Below, in pieces: positions 55,105 to 64,000 of a DNA stretch of 64,000 bases (position 1 is the stretch's first letter; the number at the start of each line of letters is the position of its first letter). The notes under the pieces are model-generated. The model had not been told where the DNA came from. It was given only the letters and a program-made list of their open reading frames with translations, and did no database searches. Made by a program: the position numbers and the translations under genes. This DNA is from Macrostomum hystrix. Its lineage: Eukaryota > Animalia > Platyhelminthes. The stretch is from NCBI GenBank assembly GCA_950097015.1, contig CATNEN010000030.1:558001-622000 (forward strand), read 5' to 3'.

Positions 55105-55905
55105 AAACGTTAGCGACATTTTACTGCACTGTTTATAACATGTTAAAAACTGCACTGTTTAACAAACCTTATTATGCGATAGACTATGTGGAATTTATCG
55201 CACTGTTTAAATAACCACATTTCAGGCTTGGACTATGCGGTAGAGGGTCCCAGGTCATTTCGGTGACAAGACATTTCGGTGACAGTCATTTCGGTGACAA
55301 CTCAAGTCGTTTCGGTGACAGAATTGGTCAGTTTAATGACAACTATTCTTGCACCTGAATATGCTTAGAAAACAGCCTTCCATGTGAACTAATCATTATT
55401 ATTCATCATTATTTAATAATACTTAATAGGTGTGCGTAGTTCACATGGAAGGCTGTTTTCTACGCACATGGAACTGGAAGGCTGTTTCCAAAGCATATTC
55501 AGGTGCAAGAATAGTTGTCACCGAACTGACCCATTTTGTCACCGAAACGATGTCACCGAAATGTCTTGTCACCGAAATGACCTGGGACCCGGTAGACTAT
55601 GCGGAATTTACCGCACAGTGAAGTTAGCGGTTTTTACCACACTGTTTATAACATGTTAAAAAACTGCTAACTTCACATTGCGGTAAATTCCGCATAGTCC
55701 AAGCCTGAAATGAGGTTATTTAAACAGTGCGGTAAATTCCACATAGTCTACTGCATAATAAGGTTTGTTAAACAGTGCGGTTTTTAACATGTTATAAACA
55801 GTGCGGTAAAAACCACTAACTTCACCACAGGGTAGGGCCTAATCTGTTGCCATTACTATGCAGTAAAGTTAGCAGTTTTTACTGCATAGTAAAATTTCGC
55901 TAACG
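55105..55905. mobile_element. Foldback-like element hosting a MITE
   Basis: 55125-55240 (cactgtttataacatgttaaaaac...ttcaggcttggactatgcgg) is inverted at ~55685-55810; acgttagcgacattttac (~55108) matches gtaaaatttcgctaacgt (~55888). Confidence 0.75.
55245..55590. mobile_element. 346-bp MITE with long TIRs and 6-bp TSD
   Basis: Ends gggtcccaggtcatttcggtgacaagacatttcggtgac / gtcaccgaaatgtcttgtcaccgaaatgacctgggaccc; inverted arms extend ~140 bp; ggtaga is duplicated at 55239-55244 and 55591-55596. Confidence 0.9.
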
Positions 55906-57097
55906 TGTTCTTAAAAATTTGGACAATATAAACAATATAAATATCAAAATCAAATGACATAAGTCATGAGAAAAATAGTAAATATCATATAATGGGCACC
56001 AATTTTATATGCTTTTAGAAAAATAGAAAAGACAAGCTAGGCCCTAAAGTAAAGATGCATTGGCCATACTGGCTTCTAAATCTAATTATCTAATTGTAAG
56101 TGGCCCAAACATAATAGCCAAATGGGCTATGTAAATTAGATTACCTCTAGATTGGTGGATAGATTAGATAGTTTGTGTTGAGTTTTTAGTAGCCTTAACT
56201 TTGATAGCATAGTGTTGACCAACTCAAACTAGTGTTTAGCTGATATGAGAAAATCAAATTATACATTAACCTAACCAAAGACATTGCAATTCTAGAATAC
56301 CTATCTCAATCTTTAGAAGCTTATTGGCCCTATTCAGACCAGCATGCGCCAAACTAGTTTTGACCATACCAGAATTAATATTAGTAATAAATTGCAAGAA
56401 GGCTGTAGACACTAGGGTATTGGTGAAAGTAGACCCGTAGCTAGCTAGGGGCAATTTAGCCAATTCTGTTGACTCCTTATCATACATGCACATAGATATA
56501 CTATATGTAGGCCTATACTCACACATATGTTTATCTGTTCCATGACTTTCACTGTGTCTTGGAACTTGGCCCTCATGGGAGATATTGCATGATATGCCAT
56601 CAAGACTTTACTCTGCTACAATAGCTATCTAGGCCTAGTTTTATACTTTATTATTTATGCATTGATTAATCTAAATATTTATATACATATATATATATAT
56701 ATATGCCAAATAACACATTGTTCCAGTAGATTTAGGACATAAGCAGCAAAATTGAACCTTCCAACCTTAACACTGAGAGTAGGCTGTAGTGTTACATGTT
56801 AGGCCTCATTTACAACCTGAGTCTGCTACCCTCCAGAGGAATCGTTGTTAAGTTTGCTCCAGCTCCATGCTCTAGCCAGAGGCTCTTGCACCATATTTTA
56901 TGAAGGCGATTTACTTTGATTATAGGTATCAAACTTTGGTTGCAAAAGGCTGCCTACCCCCTAGAGTAAGACTATTTTCGTAGTATAATTTAAGTCTTAA
57001 GACAGGTCTCAATTTTCATTGCTTTTAAACAGCAGACTTGAGAAATTATTTTCACACCTATTTATGGCTCATTACAACTCATTACAGTCCCAGAGTC

Positions 57098-57865
57098 ATG
57101 TTACTGACAGCGTCTGGTGCGCCTGGCTGCTTGCTTCGCAGCTTTCAATGTCGCCTGCCCCAGCTGGCAGCTCTGTCACGTCGCCTGCTGTTCATCCAGA
57201 CTGAGGACACGCCCAATCCAAACAGTGTCAAGCTGCTACCTGGCAAGCAGGTGCTGCCGCCGGGCTCAACTCGCGACTTTCCCAGTCGATCCGCCGCAAA
57301 AGCGTCGCCGCTGGCCAGACGGCTGTTTCGCGTGCCCGGCGTCTCCGGCGTCTTCCTTGGCCCGGAATTCGTCACGGTTACGAAGGCCGACTCAGCCGAT
57401 TGGAAAGTCATCAAAGCAGAAGCATTTGCCGCTATTATGGACTTCTATGCCAGCGGACAGCCGGTCCTTGTCGCCGAATCCGAGGCATCTAGTCAGGACA
57501 ATCCGGCCGGCCAGGCGGAGCCGGTGTCGCCTGAGGACGCCGAGACTGTGGCGATGATCAAGGAACTGCTGGACACGCGCATTCGTCCGACTGTCCAGGA
57601 GGACGGTGGCGATATAATCTTTCGCGGCTATAAGCGCGGCGTTGTCCGGTTGAAGCTGCAGGGCGCCTGCACCTCGTGCCCCAGTAGCACCGTCACGCTG
57701 AAGATGGGCGTCCAGAATATGCTGCAGTTCTACGTGCCCGAAGTGGAAGCCGTCGAGTCCGTCGACGATGAAGATGAACTGGAGCGAATGGGGCGAGAGG
57801 AGTTTGAAAAGCTGGAGAGTCAGCTCGAGTCGTCCGCCCCTTCCGGGGGCGCGAGGCCACCCTGA
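57098..57865 (+). CDS. NFU1: Mitochondrial Fe-S cluster scaffold NFU1, intronless CDS, 255 aa
   Basis: Arg/Leu/Ser-rich presequence, [42 protein letters not shown], and [32 protein letters not shown] with the CxxC motif. Confidence 0.97.
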   Translation: MLLTASGAPGCLLRSFQCRLPQLAALSRRLLFIQTEDTPNPNSVKLLPGKQVLPPGSTRDFPSRSAAKASPLARRLFRVPGVSGVFLGPEFVTVTKADSADWKVIKAEAFAAIMDFYASGQPVLVAESEASSQDNPAGQAEPVSPEDAETVAMIKELLDTRIRPTVQEDGGDIIFRGYKRGVVRLKLQGACTSCPSSTVTLKMGVQNMLQFYVPEVEAVESVDDEDELERMGREEFEKLESQLESSAPSGGARPP

Positions 57866-57974
57866 GCCCAAGCAGTGACAAAAATTTGTTTTTGGGAAGA
57901 AATTCCCAGATCTTGAGTTAAGGTTTTCTGTGGTTAATGTCGATTTCTTGAATCTTGATTTCTGACTCAACTGT

Positions 57975-58240
57975 ACAATTGGGTTGGATTTCTGATGTAA
58001 CTGAAGGAATTGGGTGAGATTTCTGATGTGACTGAAGGAATTGGGTGGGATTTCTGATGTGACTGAAGGAATTGGGTGGGATTTCTGATGTGACTGAAGG
58101 AATTGGGTGGGATTTCTGATGCGACTGAAGGAATTGGGTGGGATTTCTGATGTGACTGAAGGAATTGGGTGGGATTTCTGATGCGACTGAAGGAATTGGG
58201 TGGGATTTCTGATGTGACGGACGGAATGGGGTAGAATTTC
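57975..58240. repeat. 31-bp minisatellite downstream of NFU1
   Basis: Tandem gatttctgatgtgactgaaggaattgggtgg, about 8 copies. Confidence 0.93.
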
Positions 58241-58631
58241 TGATAACTGCTGTTTTTTCAGATCCAACTTAGTTAAATTCTGTCGCTGCTTTCCTTCTGA
58301 TGGCTTAGTTTCGAATTCCCACTATTGTTTTCACTTCTCGAGTTAAGTATTTTTTAGAGAGGAAAATTTTAGTATACTTATGAGTCCTTTGTTCGTGCAG
58401 TGTTGCCCGCTTCATCTGTACCATAAGCTTCGATTATTGTACTACTTAATTATTAAGTATTTCATCTTTCCTTCCCTATTGTGTTAAAAATAAAAACGCA
58501 TCATTGTCATTTACGCAGACATTGTTTACATAAAAAATTATCAATGATTTTTCTACGTATAACTGACTTATGTTGGGAACATGCATAGAGTTGATTAAAA
58601 AATCACTTGCTTCTTCAGAGAAGACAAAGGA

Positions 58632-59381
58632 ATGAGCCTGACATCCGACAGCGGCGCCTGCTCAGTGTCGTCTTCCGACGCGTGCCCTCGCGACGGCTGG
58701 GATCCCGAAGAGGATGACGACGAGGAGGAGTTTGAGCTAGAACCGGCTGACGCGACCGGCGCCTTCGCAGCCGTGCCCACTGGTGCTCGCATTGATGACG
58801 GCATCGAGTTTGTCAACGACGCTGCCATTGTAGCCGCCGCTGCTGCAGCTGCCGCCGCCGCCAGCGGCTGCGGTCTTCAGCGGCGTCGCGGTGCCGCCCG
58901 CGGCCACGGCGCCGCCCGCCAGCCGCCGAACCGGGCCACCGGCAGCAATCGGAGCTACTCTCATCACCGGGAGCGCATCAGGCGGGAGCGCTTCATCGAA
59001 CTGTACGGAAAGCTACAACTGGCCATACCCAATCTGCAGGTATGCAAGCGGGCCACGCATCGCAAGATATTAACTGAGACAGCCGCCTACCTGGCCAGCA
59101 CCATCGCACAGATCAAAGCGCGTCGACGGGTTAGCAAACTGCGCGCCCTCCTAGCCCAGCTCGAGGCCGACGCTACCTACATGCGCCGCCTGTCAGGTGT
59201 TCAGCGGCATCGCCAGAACCCGCAGTTTCCGGGTCAGTTCAAGCAGCAGCTGCAGCCGCCGCCGCAGCAGCAGCAGCCGTACAGCTTGGTGCACCACGGC
59301 AGCGTCCAGCGGGTGCAGCAGCTGGCACCGGACGAGTCACCAACTGTACTGGCTATCGGAGACTGTTTCCTGATTGGCTGA
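58632..59381 (+). CDS. Divergent Myc/Max/Mxd-network-like bHLH protein, intronless, 249 aa
   Basis: NRSYSHHRERIRRERFIELYGKLQLAIPNL...KRATHRKILTETAAYL aligns by eye with the group B bHLH pattern (E-R-x-R-R, L..L...IP, KIL..A..Y). It is followed by a helical zipper-like stretch; acidic N-terminus, poly-Ala and a Gln-rich tail. Confidence 0.75.
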   Translation: MSLTSDSGACSVSSSDACPRDGWDPEEDDDEEEFELEPADATGAFAAVPTGARIDDGIEFVNDAAIVAAAAAAAAAASGCGLQRRRGAARGHGAARQPPNRATGSNRSYSHHRERIRRERFIELYGKLQLAIPNLQVCKRATHRKILTETAAYLASTIAQIKARRRVSKLRALLAQLEADATYMRRLSGVQRHRQNPQFPGQFKQQLQPPPQQQQPYSLVHHGSVQRVQQLAPDESPTVLAIGDCFLIG

Positions 59382-60325
59382 ACAGATAGGGGGCCGGTCT
59401 TGCGTTTGGTCGTTTGTGCTTTTTCTAAGGAATTAGTCGGAAAATTTCTTGACAAAAAAGAGAAACAAATAAAGTGCACGCTTGAGCTTTGTTGGCAGTT
59501 TTTTGCGCTTCTCTCATTTCCTAACTTTGCCGGCCATTTATTGCTGGAAACTAATACAGCCGAACATCTTTGGGCCCATGTGGACAAGGGCTTCGCGAGT
59601 CTTTCGTGAATTGAAGAGACAAAAAAACTGTTCGTTTTCGCTGTCTTTTTTTCTTCTTTTTGTTTATCTTGGTTATCTTCTAGCTCTCTGGAGGTTTAAC
59701 TGACTAGGAATTGAGGCATATTTTTTTCTTCTTTTTACTTAACCGATGAACAGTAGATTCACCACGGGGATATTTCAAATACCCACCTTTTCCTGTTTTC
59801 TTTATCTCTCTAAATCTCTCATAGGATTCGCGACGATGCTGACGTCAGACGGCTTTGAAAGTTAGTTCATCGTAAAGGGCGGAAAAGTTCGATCCATATG
59901 GTGGACTTTTACGAAAATCAGTCATTCGGTTTTGGGAGCTGTCGTGAAGTTTCCTGTGGTCTTTCCCCAGGGGAGCAATAGCATGGTCTTTCTACTGTCA
60001 ACGAATGAGTGTTGGGCATGTATTTGTTAACAATAAGTGGCACCAGTGTCTTATTGTGGGTATTTTACGAGCGTATTAGCTCAGGCTTGAGTTTGGGTAG
60101 GTTTGAGTGAACTGTACACAGACGCATACTGGAGAGCTGCTTCATTTCTCTTTAAGTTTCAAGAAATGTAATATTAAGAGCTTAAAAATTTGTAAGTGAA
60201 AAGGAAAGATTCATTTTTTGAGCTTTGAATTTACAACTTGAAATTAAATTCAGCTCGGTGCGTCGTGCGTTACTCGAAGGCGCATTGTGTCCAAGTAGAA
60301 AGCGCCTGTGTTGCGAGCACTCGAG

Positions 60326-61210
60326 ATGAGCGAGCTGCTGCAGACGGTGTGCGTCATCGCTCAGCAGAATGAGTCAGTGGAATCCGGCGATAGCGACCGA
60401 ATGCAGTCAATGTGGACAGCCTTGGCCGATGTTGAGCACCTGTGCAGTAGGTGCGTACATTGCAGTGGTGTGTAGTGTCGATTGCGGTGCTTCGGTTTCT
60501 TGCTAACTCTGCGTGCGTGTGCTAAAAATCCGTAAAAAATTTGCTTTGGTTCGTCACTTGTCAATCCTTTAATTGAAGTTTCGATTAGGTAACTTGCTGC
60601 TCAAGCGACTCTTGTCTCACGTAACGTATCACCTAAGTATTTGTGACTTTTCGAATGTGAAAGATGCGCCGGAACTCACTGTGCTTCACTCAAGTGCATA
60701 TCGTACGAGTTCGCATTACAATCATTATGCAGTTTTAAGGCATGAGAGCTGTGGCTAATTCAGCTGGCCCCTAAAGACACGTACACACACAGATACTGTA
60801 CTGTGCTTTTTCCTTGTCTGGTTGTGTAAACACTCGATGTTCCTTCGAGGGTTGGCCTGAATTTTACAGACAAGCTCCTAAGACTTCTCAACAAGACTGC
60901 GCCCCAAATGAATGTGACCTAGCCGCGGAATCAAGCTCTGGGATCTGAGAGCAAGAGGCAGACGCTACTCGTACAGTCAAATTCTGCTTGGCTTGCAAAC
61001 ATCGTAATCCCGAAAAAACACTTTATTACTTAAAATTGAAATTCAACTTGAAAAAAACAAATGATTGTATTCCGGCTGGCCGAACGCATCATTTGCAGGC
61101 TCGGCCTAACCTGCCACAGGGTTGAGTTCGGCCACCTTGACTATGGCAGCACTGGCGCCCTGCAGGATTTCTACAATTCAGACTTGGCCATTGTTGACAT
61201 GACGGTCAAG
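60326..61210 (+). CDS. First two exons of an ASK1/MAP3K5/MAP3K15-family kinase (gene continues beyond window)
   Basis: Exon 60326-60450 (AG|GTGCGT, phase 2) joined to exon 61099-61210 gives ...LADVEHLCSRLGLTCHRVEFGHLDYGSTGALQDFYNSDLAIVDM, matching the ASK N-terminal motif FGKLDFGETxVLDxFYNADIAVVEM. Confidence 0.85.
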
Positions 61211-61439
61211 GTATCTTCTACTATCTACTGACACCTTAGTTTGTCAGTTTAGCAAATATTATTCTGTTTAGACCCTGATTACACGTGTACCTTAATCTTG
61301 GAAATTATCTGATTCACTATTGCTACGCTCGTACATAACATGACATCTATACGGCGTATTATCGCTTAACATTGAGCACTAACCTCTTTAATGTTAGTTT
61401 GATAGAGTGATTGCCTACAACTTAGAGATTTAATTCTGA

Positions 61440-64000
61440 TTCATCTCTCCCTGTCTCATCTCCCGTTGTCTAATCTCTCCCCTGTCTTGTCTCTTCAATG
61501 TCTGTTTCTCCTCCGGCTTATATCTCCCCGGCTAATCTCTCTCCACTGTCTCATATCTCTGCTTGTGTTTATCTCCCAACTCATCTCTCGACTGTCTCAT
61601 CTCTCGACTGTCTCATCTCCCGACTGTCTCATCTCCCAACTGTCTCATCTCCCAACTGTCGCATCTCCCAACTGTCTCATCTCCCAACTGTCTCATCTCC
61701 CAACTGTCTCATCTCCCAACTGTCGCATCTCCCAACTGTCTCATCTCCCGACTGTCTCATCTCCCAACTGTCTCATCTCCCAACTGTCTCATCTCCCGAC
61801 TGTCTCATCTCCCAACTCATCTTTCGACTGTCTTATCTCCCAACTCATCTCCCGACTGTCTTATCTCCCAACTCATCACCCGACTGTCTCATCTCCCGAC
61901 TGTCTCATCTCCCAACTGTCTCATCTCCCGACGGTCTTATCTCCCAACTGTCTCATCTCCCAACTGTCTTATCTCCCAACTGTCTCATCTCCCAACTGTC
62001 TCATCTCCCGACTGTCTCATCTCCCAACTCATCTCCCGACTGTCTTATCTCCCAACTCATCACCCGACTGTCTCATCTCCCAACTCATCTCCCGACTGTC
62101 TCATCTCCCGACTGTCTCATCTCCCGACTGTCTCATCTCCCGACTGTCTCATCTCTCGACTGTCTCATCTCCCAACTGTCTCATCTCCCAACTGTCTCAT
62201 CTCCCAACTGTCTCATCTCCCGACTGTCTCATCTCCCAACTCATCTCCCGACTGTCTTATCTCCCAACTCATCACCCGACTGTCTCATCTCCCAACTCAT
62301 CCCCCGACTGTCTCATCTCCCGACTGTCTCATCTCCCAACTGTCTCATCTCCCGACTGTCTCATCTCCCAACTGTCTCATCTCCCAACTGTCTCATCTCC
62401 CAACTGTCTCATCTCCCAACTGTCTCATCTCCCAACTGTCTCATCTCCCAACTGTCTCATCTCCCGACTGTCTCATCTCCCAACTCATCTCCCGACTGTC
62501 TTATCTCCCAACTCATCACCCGACTGTCTCATCTCCCAACTCATCCCCCGACTGTCTCATCTCCCGACTGTCTCATCTCCCAACTGTCTCATCTCCCAAC
62601 TGTCTCATCTCCCGACTGTCTCATCTCCCGACTGTCTCATCTCCCAACTGTCTCATCTCCCAACTGTCTCATCTCCCAACTGTCTCATCTCCCAACTGTC
62701 TCATCTCCCGACTGTCTCATCTCCCAACTGTCTCATCTCCCAACTGTCTCATCTCCCAACTGTCTCATCTCCCGACTGTCTCATCTCCCGACTGTCTCAT
62801 CTCCCAACTGTCTCATCTCCCAACTGTCTCATCTCCCAACTGTCTCATCTCCCAACTGTCTCATCTCCCAACTGTCTCATCTCCCGACTGTCTCATCTCC
62901 CGACTGTCTCATCTCCCAACTGTCTCATCTCCCGACTGTCTCATCTCCCGACTGTCTCATCTCCCAACTGTCTCATCTCCCGACTGTCTCATCTCCCGAC
63001 TGTCTCATCTCCCAACTGTCTCATCTCCCGACTGTCTCATCTCCCAACTGTCTCATCTCCCAACTGTCTCATCTCCCGACTGTCTCATCTCCCAACTGTC
63101 TCATCTCCCAACTGTCTCATCTCCCGACTGTCTCATCTCCCGACTGTCTCATCTCCCAACTGTCTCATCTCCCAACTGTCTCATCTCCCAACTGTCTCAT
63201 CTCCCAACTGTCTCATCTCCCAACTGTCTCATCTCCCAACTGTCTCATCTCCCGACTGTCTCATCTCCCAACTGTCTCATCTCCCGACTGTCTCATCTCC
63301 CAACTGTCTCATCTCCCGACTGTCTCATCTCTCAACTGTCTCATCTCCCGACTGTCTCATCTCCCGACTGTCTCATCTCCCAACTGTCTCATCTCCCGAC
63401 TGTCTCATCTCCCAACTGTCTCATCTCCCGACTGTCTCATCACCCGACTGTCTCATCTCCCGACTGTCTCATCTCCCGACTGTCTCATCTCCCGACTGTC
63501 TCATCTCCCAACTGTCTCATCTCTCGACTGTCTCATCTCCCAACTGTCTCATCTCCCGACTGTCTCATCTCCCGACTGTCTCATCTCCCAACTGTCTCAT
63601 CTCCCGACTGTCTCATCTCCCAACTGTCTCATCTCCCAACTGTCTCATCTCCCGACTGTCTCATCTCCCAACTGTCTCATCTCCCAACTGTCTCATCTCC
63701 CGACTGTCTCATCTCCCGACTGTCTCATCTCCCAACTGTCTCATCTCCCAACTGTCTCATCTCCCAACTGTCTCATCTCCCAACTGTCTCATCTCCCAAC
63801 TGTCTCATCTCCCAACTGTCTCATCTCCCGACTGTCTCATCTCCCAACTGTCTCATCTCCCGACTGTCTCATCTCCCAACTGTCTCATCTCCCGACTGTC
63901 TCATCTCTCAACTGTCTCATCTCCCGACTGTCTCATCTCTCAACTGTCTCATCTCCCAACTGTCTCATCTCCCAACTGTCTCATCTCTCAACTGTCTCAT
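61440..64000. repeat. 16-bp minisatellite (>2.4 kb) in ASK intron 2
   Basis: Tandem ctgtctcatctccc(a/g)a; degenerate at 61440-61600, homogeneous afterwards, and running off the window end. Confidence 0.97.

Overview
Eukaryotic (metazoan) genomic DNA. Short GT-AG introns, GC-rich exons with poly-Ala/Gln tracts and introns packed with kilobase minisatellites suggest a free-living flatworm such as Macrostomum (an inference, not tested). All gene models were hand-spliced from the sequence. Left to right: the 3' end of a proline-rich CDS; four minisatellites; a two-exon gene for a small secreted peptide precursor with no recognisable family (minus, 5295-6553); a dead piggyBac; and a tandem array of five minus-strand nicotinic-like Cys-loop channel genes (10.5-27 kb). 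In that array copies A, D and E look intact, B is frameshifted right after its signal peptide, and C is a pseudogene. Their extracellular domains are highly divergent and lack the acetylcholine aromatic box and vicinal cysteines, while the M1-M3 pore module, including an intron, is almost identical between A, B and E. After the array come a MATE/SLC47 transporter, an internally deleted mariner, an intronless Rab, ANAPC5, an orphan exon, PIG-M (with a GC-AG intron), an AT-rich spacer with nested MITEs, NFU1, a divergent Myc/Max-type bHLH gene and the first two exons of an ASK1/MAP3K5-family kinase. Several tRNA-derived SINE families are dispersed throughout. The strongest novelty candidate is the Cys-loop array, whose features resemble an independently evolved chemosensory receptor family.
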